Source: Klebsiella phage vB_KpM_FBKp24
Strand: one strand, 5' to 3'
Sequence record: MW394391.1
Length of the DNA stretch: 64,000 nt
The position numbers and the translations under genes were made by a program. The notes under the pieces are model-generated. The model had not been told where the DNA came from and searched no databases. It saw nothing but the letters and a program-made list of their open reading frames with translations. This document shows positions 56,522 to 64,000 of the stretch, piece after piece; positions within the stretch are counted from its first letter, which is position 1, and the number at the start of each line of letters is the position of its first letter.

Positions 56522-58726
56522 TTAGTCGTGGGTACGTAAGACGAGAACAAAGCTGTCAGACTTCTGATCCTGGTAATCTTTCCGAACTTCAAACCAGCTG
56601 TTATCTGCAAACCAGATATAGTTAAAGCACGCGATGTCGCTGTTAGCATTGAAGGTCAACGCCTTTAATGCGCTATGAAGTTTAGGAGAGGAGAAAGAGG
56701 AAACTAACAGCGGTTCGTTAGGTTTCTCTTCGCCGGTGATCGACAGTTTCAGGTCATTCACTAACACGGGTGCAATAACCATGTTAATGCGTTTAACGAC
56801 ATAGATCGTTCTGGCGTCAGTGCTTTCGCTTACACCTGCACCAACAATCCCGGAACCGACTTTGAACATCTGGAAATTGCTGATGTGGAATGCAAATGCT
56901 GCGGCAAGTTTCGCCGCGAACTCCGCCCCACGTTTTTCCGTGACATCGTCATACAGGGTTGCCAGATCTTCAAACGCTTCGATACGTAAACGGCATCCCA
57001 TTTCCAAACGGAAGATGCTGTTAACCAAATCAACGATATGACGTTTCGCTGCGACGACCAGTGCTGCCGGAACACGCTCGATAACCCGATTGAAGTTGTC
57101 GTGAATATCTTGCAGGTATTTCAGCTCTACGCCGTCTTTGAAATTGAGACCGGTCATGTCAAGATGACGCAGAACATAGTTTGCTTCTTCTGCAGTCGCA
57201 CAAGTCATGATTGGTTCATACAGCTCTGCGCCCGTTTGGAACGTATTGAAGTTGGTGTGGAGATGTCCGCTTTGATCGTTAGTTGCTTCCTCGCAACGTG
57301 ACATTTCTTGCAGACGGATATGACCCATCCCGAAACCTTTTACGATCTCATCTGAACGCAGGATTTGATCAAAGGTGATTGACCCGGCGTCAGGGGCATC
57401 AGGGATAACTTTTTGCAGTTCTTCTGGTTGTCCCTCGTTCTCTTCGCGAATACTTTTAACAACGGCTTCGTACTCTTCGCGGTTCTCGTCGCGGAGTTTA
57501 CGGTTTGCCGTGACGTTGAAACGCGGAGCGCCAAGCGCGTCGCGTATTTCACTGTTTTTCGGGTGGAAGCGGTAATTCGCTTCTTTTGCCCCGACAATGT
57601 TTAACTGGTGAATTTTACGATCCACTTCTGCTACCTCTTCTGGGTTAAGGGGCTCGTAACGGACGAAACGATAACCGTCTTTCGTGATGTCCCATACCGG
57701 GCGAACGGAATCAGCTTCCCACACGATTGTATCATTACGAAGTTGTTCGTTCGGATGCAGCGGAATAGAAAGTACAACTTCGAGGTCCGTCAGATCAATA
57801 CGCCCAGACTTTACATCTTCCGCAGTAATCGGGCCGGTGGCCAGGAGATTACCTTTACTGGAACGTTTTTCGACGACAGGGGCTTTGGTTGAGGTCGTCT
57901 GACGCGAACGAATATTCTCCGGTTCAACGCGCTCGTACGCCGGACGGTTAGCTCTCCGCGGATCAGGGGTGCTAAAAGCCTCACCCATCTTTTCCTCGAA
58001 GGCGTCGTCAATCTGCTGGCGATTTTCTTGCGCCTGCTGTTCCATCGCTTCCCGACGCTGCGCTGCTGCAACATATGCGTTTTGACCCCGGCGATTTTTG
58101 CGACTGGCGTTGATATCCGGTGCCTGCGTGTGACGGTCTGAGCCATACCCATTAGCACGCGGACGAGTCGGGATCGGAGACTCATAACGCCCGCGGCGTT
58201 CTTCATTGTACCCCCGACGATCATCATAACGCCCTCGCGTATCGCGATCTTCGTAACGCCCACGGTGTTCCGGTCCACGGCCAAATCCGCCACGACCGCG
58301 ATCATCTCTGCTGTACCCCCGACGATCATCATCGTAACGACGACGATCAAGTTCTTCCGCGCGACGTTCTAATGCGCGACGAAGTTGGTTGGCGTTATCG
58401 GCCAGATAAAGAATTTCGTCTTCGGTGCGGCGGTCAGGAATCTCCGCACGACGGTCTTCTTTGATCAAAGCACCGGCAAAATACGCGGCCAGTTCGATGG
58501 CGCCTTCCCAGAGGTCACGTGGTTCTTTTCTTGCTTCGATCAACATGTCCATTGAGTCGAAGACAAAATTGATCAAATTTTCTCGGGTCGTACGAATTTC
58601 CCGACAAACATCATCGAGATAACCAAAAATCATGTCGTTACGCCCAAGTTCACTGATACGCTCGTCTAAGAAGCGGGCCAGATTACGTTCCGTGAACTCC
58701 ATATCATCTCTGCGACGATTGAACAT
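56522..58726 (-). CDS. hypothetical protein (734 aa) with an RG/RD-rich low-complexity segment
   Basis: Residues ~118-200 read DRRRYDDDRRGYSRDDRGRGGFGRGPEHRGRYEDRDTRGRYDDRRGYNEERRGRYES, a mixed-charge RGG-like region encoded around 58120-58380. Confidence 0.55.
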   Translation of the reverse strand: MFNRRRDDMEFTERNLARFLDERISELGRNDMIFGYLDDVCREIRTTRENLINFVFDSMDMLIEARKEPRDLWEGAIELAAYFAGALIKEDRRAEIPDRRTEDEILYLADNANQLRRALERRAEELDRRRYDDDRRGYSRDDRGRGGFGRGPEHRGRYEDRDTRGRYDDRRGYNEERRGRYESPIPTRPRANGYGSDRHTQAPDINASRKNRRGQNAYVAAAQRREAMEQQAQENRQQIDDAFEEKMGEAFSTPDPRRANRPAYERVEPENIRSRQTTSTKAPVVEKRSSKGNLLATGPITAEDVKSGRIDLTDLEVVLSIPLHPNEQLRNDTIVWEADSVRPVWDITKDGYRFVRYEPLNPEEVAEVDRKIHQLNIVGAKEANYRFHPKNSEIRDALGAPRFNVTANRKLRDENREEYEAVVKSIREENEGQPEELQKVIPDAPDAGSITFDQILRSDEIVKGFGMGHIRLQEMSRCEEATNDQSGHLHTNFNTFQTGAELYEPIMTCATAEEANYVLRHLDMTGLNFKDGVELKYLQDIHDNFNRVIERVPAALVVAAKRHIVDLVNSIFRLEMGCRLRIEAFEDLATLYDDVTEKRGAEFAAKLAAAFAFHISNFQMFKVGSGIVGAGVSESTDARTIYVVKRINMVIAPVLVNDLKLSITGEEKPNEPLLVSSFSSPKLHSALKALTFNANSDIACFNYIWFADNSWFEVRKDYQDQKSDSFVLVLRTHD

Positions 58727-58756
58727 GTGATTTTACTCCTGTGAGATTATGAAAAA

Positions 58757-60367
58757 TTAATTACTGATTTCGTCTTGTACTTGGTCAAGGAGCTCAATGT
58801 TTTTCGGGTTGCGGATAAACTTCCCGGATTCGTCGGTGTGGGCGTAAACGTTTAGCCGTCCACGACCGTCGGGAATACCTTTGGCGAAATTACACACTGA
58901 GCCACACTCCATGATACTGGCGTGGAGGTGATATGCTGCTTCATTAGGTTTGAAGCTTTTTGTCTTCCCTTTACCAATAACTGCGTTGACTTGACGAATA
59001 GCGATACATGTATGCTTGAAGATCATGTTGTCGCCGGGGTATTGTACCGAGTTCAATTCGCCGTGACCTCGCTGAATGCCTAAGAAAGCATTCGTTGTCA
59101 GGAAACTTGAAAGTTTCCAAGTCAGACGTTTAAGTCGGAGAGTTTTCTGTTCTTTTTCCAGTTGCCATGTAAAGTTGAAAATACTCTCTGTAATGCCCGA
59201 TAAAGCATAGCGCTTCACTAAGAGATACTTACCCCACATGTTACCGGAGTTATCGTCTTTAAGACGATCCTGAATCGTTTCCAGGATATGGATAAACAAC
59301 TCGTACAAGTCGTTTGCCATAATCCCTTCCTGACGAAGGTTTTTCTTTGTTTCTCCGTCGACGTAACTGTCGAGCGACTTGAGATGAAGATCCACTTTGT
59401 TTAGCAGTTTCCCTTCGTTCTCATTTCCTTGGTGTAAAATGAACCCCATGATAATACGCCATGTATCAGGCATGTCGATATATTGCAAACTGAAACGGTT
59501 AGGATAACGGTCAACCACGTAGAAGAAATGCGTGGCCAGCAGTTTAACCCCAATGTTCTCTGTTGCTTCACGAGGAATGATCAACGCAAGGTTAGTCGGT
59601 TTCCAGTCGGAGATCGCTCGGCGGCGCTCTGGCGGCGGAAGACCTTGTGTAGTGTAAACCACATAGTCTTCTATTGGGTATTGCTCACGGAGGTTTGCGT
59701 GGTTCTCCTCTATCGCGACGTCAATCCCATAGAACCGTTTGAACGTCTCGGTCACTCCATATTTACAGAAGAGATAATGACCAAGGGTAGAATGGAACTG
59801 TTTACTTTTCCCTTCATTCCCTGTTTTTCCCTGATAGATGTTACCGTAAACAACGAAGGATGGGATAGATTCCCCGTCCTGTAGTAACGTATAGATACTC
59901 CGTTTTAACGTGAACTTGGCACGGAAAAGAATCGTGAAAAGATCGTTTCCGGCAACCGAGAACACCAGGTCGGCAAGAATAGGGTGAATCGTTGCACGAC
60001 TACCGCCGAGCCAGATAGTTCCTGCTTCTCGAACAAACGGGATGTTGATATTACGCTGGAGAATGTGCGTGCCCTGAAAACGTAACTTCATCTCGGACAT
60101 CACCGCATCGGTTTGTGCTATGTCGACTTCCCCTCTTCGTTCGGCTTTCTCATTTCCCTTGATAATCGCCTGTGCCTCTTCGTAAGGCGTTAACCGGCGC
60201 ATTCCTAAATACTCTACGTCGGGCGGGTAATCTTGCGCTGCACATTGCGCAATACGGTCGACATACGCCTCTGCGTCTTCCATGTCCTTTACAGCAAACC
60301 CGCCGGCGATATCCGGGTTAAACTTCGGTAAAGGATCTACGATATCATCGAACAGTACGTTATCCAC
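58757..60367 (-). CDS. hypothetical protein (536 aa)
   Basis: Operon member between the 331-aa and 734-aa genes. Confidence 0.55.
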   Translation of the reverse strand: MDNVLFDDIVDPLPKFNPDIAGGFAVKDMEDAEAYVDRIAQCAAQDYPPDVEYLGMRRLTPYEEAQAIIKGNEKAERRGEVDIAQTDAVMSEMKLRFQGTHILQRNINIPFVREAGTIWLGGSRATIHPILADLVFSVAGNDLFTILFRAKFTLKRSIYTLLQDGESIPSFVVYGNIYQGKTGNEGKSKQFHSTLGHYLFCKYGVTETFKRFYGIDVAIEENHANLREQYPIEDYVVYTTQGLPPPERRRAISDWKPTNLALIIPREATENIGVKLLATHFFYVVDRYPNRFSLQYIDMPDTWRIIMGFILHQGNENEGKLLNKVDLHLKSLDSYVDGETKKNLRQEGIMANDLYELFIHILETIQDRLKDDNSGNMWGKYLLVKRYALSGITESIFNFTWQLEKEQKTLRLKRLTWKLSSFLTTNAFLGIQRGHGELNSVQYPGDNMIFKHTCIAIRQVNAVIGKGKTKSFKPNEAAYHLHASIMECGSVCNFAKGIPDGRGRLNVYAHTDESGKFIRNPKNIELLDQVQDEISN

Positions 60368-60388
60368 ACATATTCCCCTTATGCTCGT

Positions 60389-61384
60389 TTATAAAACAAC
60401 CGCTGCGCCCCACGCCGCTTTTTTCGCCAAAAAGGACAATAACCATTTTCCTGCTCTCAGCATTGTTGGGAGAATCGACTTAATAAACTCTCCGCCTGCT
60501 TTAATCCATGCAGAGGCGAGTTTCGCTTTCTTCTCTTTGTCTTCTTCCTTTTCAGGTTTCGCTTGTTTCAGCGCCATCTGAATCTCTTCGAGTTCCTTTA
60601 ACACAGATTCTCTAGAGGTGTGGAATTTGATTCCCAGTGGATTATTACCAGAAAGCGCATCTTCGAAACTGAAGAAACTCTTTGAGGCCAATAACCGATT
60701 CCCTCCCTTTATTCTACCATAGCTTTGCGCGGTAACGCCGTCAGGTTCGATTGACGCCCGTGAGACATTTACTTTCATCACTTGTCCGCCTAAAGCATAA
60801 TAGAGTCCTTCTACATAACGCTCTTTATCGACGGCATTCACCACAATACCTGACACCTTACTGATTTTGCAACCGGTATCGTCTTCGACAATATCGTGAA
60901 TACTTTCTTCACGATCAAGAAACGACGCTCGTGTGATCTTCATCCCTAAACCCGGGATGTTAACCTCCGAACCCAAATCGTTAAAGTCGTTTTCATCAAT
61001 CACGAAAACCATTCGATAACGATAATGGTTTCGCGAACGACGCTTCTCTTCTTCGAAATGTACCATGCAATGACCTTTCACGGCGTCATAAAGGCCAAAG
61101 CTCGCTTCAGCATAATTATTCTGAGGGTCGTCAATATTGACCGTGTCTGTGCAATAAATGACCGTCAGATGAATAATTAAACAATCGCGTAACTTCGCTG
61201 CGCCGTGGGAAAATAACTCATTGTCAGTCCCATCTGATTTTTGCACCGCCAAACCAAAACGATAATTGTTGGTCATCTCCACGGTAACGCAGAGATCACA
61301 ATTACCGGTTCGATAATCGTTTGCAGAAATCAGTGTCTCTAGGGGCATCTGTTCTTTTCTTGGATTCTCACGCTTATAAACCAT
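60389..61384 (-). CDS. hypothetical protein (331 aa) with an amphipathic/hydrophobic C-terminus
   Basis: TAAGGTG RBS. The C-terminal KAGGEFIKSILPTMLRAGKWLLSFLAKKAAWGAAVVL may be membrane-active. Confidence 0.5.
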   Translation of the reverse strand: MVYKRENPRKEQMPLETLISANDYRTGNCDLCVTVEMTNNYRFGLAVQKSDGTDNELFSHGAAKLRDCLIIHLTVIYCTDTVNIDDPQNNYAEASFGLYDAVKGHCMVHFEEEKRRSRNHYRYRMVFVIDENDFNDLGSEVNIPGLGMKITRASFLDREESIHDIVEDDTGCKISKVSGIVVNAVDKERYVEGLYYALGGQVMKVNVSRASIEPDGVTAQSYGRIKGGNRLLASKSFFSFEDALSGNNPLGIKFHTSRESVLKELEEIQMALKQAKPEKEEDKEKKAKLASAWIKAGGEFIKSILPTMLRAGKWLLSFLAKKAAWGAAVVL

Positions 61385-61434
61385 CCTACACCTTATTTGT
61401 TAATTGGGAACGGAATACTTCTTACCGTACGTTT

Positions 61435-61478
61435 GACCTTTCTCAAGGGTCAATTTGGATCTTTCTCAAGGATCCATT
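61435..61478. repeat. two tandem 21-nt direct repeats (18/21 identical), each internally dyad-symmetric
   Basis: GACCTTTCTCAAGGGTCAATT at 61435-61455 and GATCTTTCTCAAGGATCCATT at 61458-61478, with GACC...GGTC and GATC...GATC ends. They lie 50-95 nt upstream of the start of the 60389..61384 operon. Confidence 0.5.
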
Positions 61479-61536
61479 AATACTCTCTCAATAAGGTAAT
61501 ATAGGTTTCAAGAAAATTCGATATGGCAAACATAGA

Positions 61537-61565
61537 CCCAGTCCCTCGCAATGCGAGGGACTGGG
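61537..61565 (-). terminator. hairpin CCCAGTCCCTCGC-aat-GCGAGGGACTGGG downstream of the major capsid gene
   Basis: 13-bp GC-rich stem 34 nt after the stop of the capsid gene. Confidence 0.55.
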
Positions 61566-61598
61566 CTAAGGCTTATTTAACTAAGCAATGACGCTAAC

Positions 61599-63887
61599 TT
61601 AAGACGCCGGGGTAACCTGGGTCTCGTTAACATCCAGCGCGGTGCGCTGCGCGATCGCTTCTTCCAGGTTGATCACGTTGATGACCAGCATGATCGGCAG
61701 GAAGTTGAAGTAACGGTAACGCGGGGTCAGGCGGATTTCACGGCCGATACGTTGGTTACGGATCATGTTGAAATCAACCAGGTACTCAGGGATGAAGCCC
61801 AGAACACCGTGCTGCAGCGGATGCGGCTCAGACTCGTTCGGCAGGATGAAGGTCATGACGATTTTGTCTTTCATACGCAGATCGGAGATACGCGCGATGG
61901 TGTAATCGTAACCGATACCCACGGTGCGGTCATCGCCATTGATCTGGATGTACTGCGGCAGACGCATGTCAGTACCGATCGCTACGTGCGGCTTCGGAGA
62001 ACGGCCAGAGAAGGCAGCTTCCAGAGCAGCGGTGTAACCGGTCAGCTGATCAGCGGTGTAAACCATTTCGTTGATTTTGGAAACGATCAGGCCCTGGATA
62101 TCGGTCTGCTTAGCAGCCGAGGTCAGGTTGTTCAGATCGTTCAGCACGTCAATGGTCGCTTCGTTGTAGTACGGACGAACGTAGTACTGGCCAACGCCTT
62201 CCAGACCGAGGTTAGATTCGATCGGATGCGGTACACCAACGCCCAGGTAGGACTTCAGGGTGTCGGCGCGGTTCAGCAGGGTGGTCACAGCGTTGTTACG
62301 CATCTGCTGAATACGGTACGCAGTGGTCAGTGCTTCCAGGCGCGGATAGGTTTTGTCGTCTTCAACCATGGCCGGTTTAACGATGACCAGCGGCGGCAGA
62401 GTCGGGATCATGAAGCCCTGTTTCTGTACGTCGGAGTCGATCAGCAGGCCCATTTCCAGCTGGTTGATGTTGGTCAGACGCGCTTCCAGGCTATAACCTA
62501 CGCCGGTTACGGTCAGGCCGCTCAGTGCCGCAGAAACGCGAGAATCGGTCAGGGCGATTTCTTTGCCTTCTTTATCGAAGACACGCGCCAGACGCAGGGC
62601 ACGCAGAGAGGTGTCGCCGTTACCGTTTTCGACGTTCATTTCGCCGTCAACTTTCACGTCCAGTTCGATGCGGTAGCCCAGATCAAACAGATCTTTCAGC
62701 AGTGCAGATTCCGCGCCAGCCACGGTGGTGCTTTCTTCGCCCAGGCCCAGGGAGGTGTGGAACTTCAGCTGCATCAGACGGAAGTTGTATTCACGGGTCG
62801 CCGTGTACGCAGCGTACTGGTCGCGGTTTACGTCCAGTGCGAACAGTTCAGTGGTACCGCCTTTGGTGACCGAGATCAGAAGCTGTTTCAGCGCAATACG
62901 GCTGTCCAGGGAGTCGGTAAAGGTCATGGAACCTTTTTTCAGACGGGACGGAGTTTGCGCCAGCATCAGCAGGTTGAAGCCTTCGCCGTTTTCGCTGAAT
63001 TTCAGGAAGTTGGTGTCGAAGGTATCTTTACCTTGTTTCACGGTCTGCGCAGGCAGGACGGACGGATCGATGAACTGTTCGTCGTTTTCGCCGGACTGGA
63101 TAACCGGGATCAGCTCGGTGCTGTTGGTTTCCAGAGTGGTGTAATCCAGCAGACCTTGCAGGATGTTACGTTTGGAGATCTCTTGTTTCTCGCCGCTCAG
63201 ACCTTCGCCGGTCCAGCCTTCCCATACCAGGTTACGACGGATAGAGAGCTGGAAGCCAGCCTGGTCCGGGGTAACGATATAGGTGCGATAGAACAGTTCA
63301 GCGAACTCGTGCTGTTTTGCCACGATCATGTTGATCGCGTAGGAATGTTCGCGCCATTTTTCGGTTTCTTTCTCATCGAAAGATTCCAGAGACGGCAGAG
63401 ATTTTGCCGGCAGAGTCGCGATGGAACCGTTAGCGCCTGCGGAAACGAATTCGTTCACGCGAACGTCGCTTTCGAAAGACGGAACGGCGTAACCGTCACG
63501 GTAATACGCACGCGGGCTGTTGTGGGACATCGCCAGAATAGCGGCAGCTTCCACTGCAACTTCTTTCTGGTGCTGGCGCAGGTCATCACCGCCGTCAACG
63601 AAACCTTCGCCTTCGCCATCAACCGCGTCGGTAGCTTCGGTGATCGCAGAGATCTGCTCAACCGCGTCGTTCAGGGAATCCTTCACTGCTTCCAGGGTGT
63701 TTTCAATGTCATCAGCCTGAACGCCCAGCGCGTCGTAGCTTTCCAGAGCTACGGACATGACACCGGCAGCCTGACCCTGTGGCAGCATTGTGTGGTTCTT
63801 TTCAACGGACTGGCGAACGCTGTCGACCAGTGATTTAATTGCGCCAGCAGCGCCGGCGTTAAGAAGACCTTTTTTAGGACGTGCCAT
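61599..63887 (-). CDS. probable major capsid protein (762 aa)
   Basis: Its size is typical of phiKZ-like jumbo-phage major capsid proteins (~750 aa). It is the only gene in the window with a markedly higher GC content and enterobacterial optimal-codon usage (CTG, CGT, GGT, ACC, AAC, TTC), which indicates very high expression. An AAAGGAA RBS lies upstream and terminator 61537-61565 downstream. The assignment rests on size and expression signature only. Confidence 0.5.
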   Translation of the reverse strand: MARPKKGLLNAGAAGAIKSLVDSVRQSVEKNHTMLPQGQAAGVMSVALESYDALGVQADDIENTLEAVKDSLNDAVEQISAITEATDAVDGEGEGFVDGGDDLRQHQKEVAVEAAAILAMSHNSPRAYYRDGYAVPSFESDVRVNEFVSAGANGSIATLPAKSLPSLESFDEKETEKWREHSYAINMIVAKQHEFAELFYRTYIVTPDQAGFQLSIRRNLVWEGWTGEGLSGEKQEISKRNILQGLLDYTTLETNSTELIPVIQSGENDEQFIDPSVLPAQTVKQGKDTFDTNFLKFSENGEGFNLLMLAQTPSRLKKGSMTFTDSLDSRIALKQLLISVTKGGTTELFALDVNRDQYAAYTATREYNFRLMQLKFHTSLGLGEESTTVAGAESALLKDLFDLGYRIELDVKVDGEMNVENGNGDTSLRALRLARVFDKEGKEIALTDSRVSAALSGLTVTGVGYSLEARLTNINQLEMGLLIDSDVQKQGFMIPTLPPLVIVKPAMVEDDKTYPRLEALTTAYRIQQMRNNAVTTLLNRADTLKSYLGVGVPHPIESNLGLEGVGQYYVRPYYNEATIDVLNDLNNLTSAAKQTDIQGLIVSKINEMVYTADQLTGYTAALEAAFSGRSPKPHVAIGTDMRLPQYIQINGDDRTVGIGYDYTIARISDLRMKDKIVMTFILPNESEPHPLQHGVLGFIPEYLVDFNMIRNQRIGREIRLTPRYRYFNFLPIMLVINVINLEEAIAQRTALDVNETQVTPAS

Positions 63888-63948
63888 TTTATTACGTTCC
63901 TTTAATAACGTTATTTTAGAAACTCTCTCGACAGCGCTGTCAAGAAAT

Positions 63949-63955
63949 TGTCATA
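63949..63955 (-). promoter_or_regulatory. TATGACA motif (candidate phage late-promoter core) upstream of the major capsid gene
   Basis: Minus strand aTATGACAa about 70 nt before the ATG. The same heptamer lies upstream of 48627..49544 (49600-49606) and 50230..51072 (51103-51109). Confidence 0.35.
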
Positions 63956-64000
63956 TGATTCTACAGGTTAAGGCTGAGTTTGTTTCATATTATACTACTA

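Noticed and set aside
57811-58350. 179-aa ORF in another frame of the minus strand over the RG/RD-rich region.
   Set aside because: It is produced by repetitive GAT/CGT/GGT codons of the low-complexity segment. It has no start context and is nested in a long, well-supported ORF.
61752-63833. 693-aa plus-strand ORF antisense to the capsid gene.
   Set aside because: It lies entirely within the GC-rich, codon-biased minus-strand gene and has no RBS. It is an open antisense frame produced by the RNY-type codon bias of a highly expressed gene.
63913-63943. A sigma70-like TTGACA-19 nt-TAAAAT promoter upstream of the capsid gene as evidence of host-RNAP transcription.
   Set aside because: The spacer is suboptimal, it is a single instance, and phiKZ-like phages transcribe independently of host RNAP. 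It is kept only as a low-weight observation.
1-64000. Search of all intergenic gaps over 70 nt for tRNA-like cloverleaves and T-loop GTTCRANYC motifs, CRISPR arrays and tandem-repeat arrays.
   Set aside because: No candidate with acceptor/T-stem complementarity was found. The only repeats are those listed. There are no spacer-repeat arrays.
1-64000. Chimallin-shell or PhuZ-tubulin (GGGTGSG) genes, integrase, transposase or reverse transcriptase.
   Set aside because: No such motifs were found in any ORF of the window. These functions, if present in the phage, lie outside this region.

Overview
This 64-kb window is densely coding (about 55 genes, more than 93% coding) and is almost certainly bacteriophage DNA. 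The genes form long, mostly minus-strand operons separated by short intergenic regions that carry GC/AG-rich hairpin terminators. The gene content points to a phiKZ-like (Chimalliviridae-type) jumbo myovirus of an enterobacterial host; this is inferred from codon usage and gene content and has not been database-checked.

Identifiable genes, from motifs visible in the translations:
- A split multisubunit RNA polymerase: a beta'-like N-terminal fragment ending at the catalytic GADFDGD motif, and a 1492-aa beta-like fragment with a GDKxxxxxxKK-type motif.
- Beside them, divergently, a 2201-aa virion protein with a C-terminal soluble-lytic-transglycosylase domain (phiKZ gp181-like).
- A central tail spike with a HxH apex.
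- Two tail-fibre genes built from repeated NPHxVTKAQVGLGNVxNY modules, plus a Gly/Trp-rich adhesin-like gene.
- A Rad50/SbcC-like ATPase with a CxxC zinc hook.
- RNase HI fused to an unknown C-terminal domain.
- dTMP kinase, a RuvC-like resolvase and a DUF2493/SLOG-like protein.
- A GC-rich, codon-optimised ~760-aa probable major capsid gene.
- Many hypothetical proteins that sit in virion-type gene modules.

The most interesting observations are:
- A lambda Rz/Rz1-style embedded spanin pair (a lipoprotein gene in the +1 frame inside a gene for a membrane-anchored coiled-coil protein).
- A recurrent TATG(T/A)(A/C)A motif placed after terminator hairpins upstream of at least six operons, a candidate phage-RNAP promoter.
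- Several perfect palindromes and direct repeats in promoter regions.
- Several unusual proteins: a tandem-duplicated domain, an RG/RD-rich low-complexity segment, and strongly acidic small proteins that could be DNA mimics.

No tRNA, CRISPR array, integrase, transposase or reverse transcriptase was seen. All functional calls rest on motifs read by eye, and no database searches could be run.
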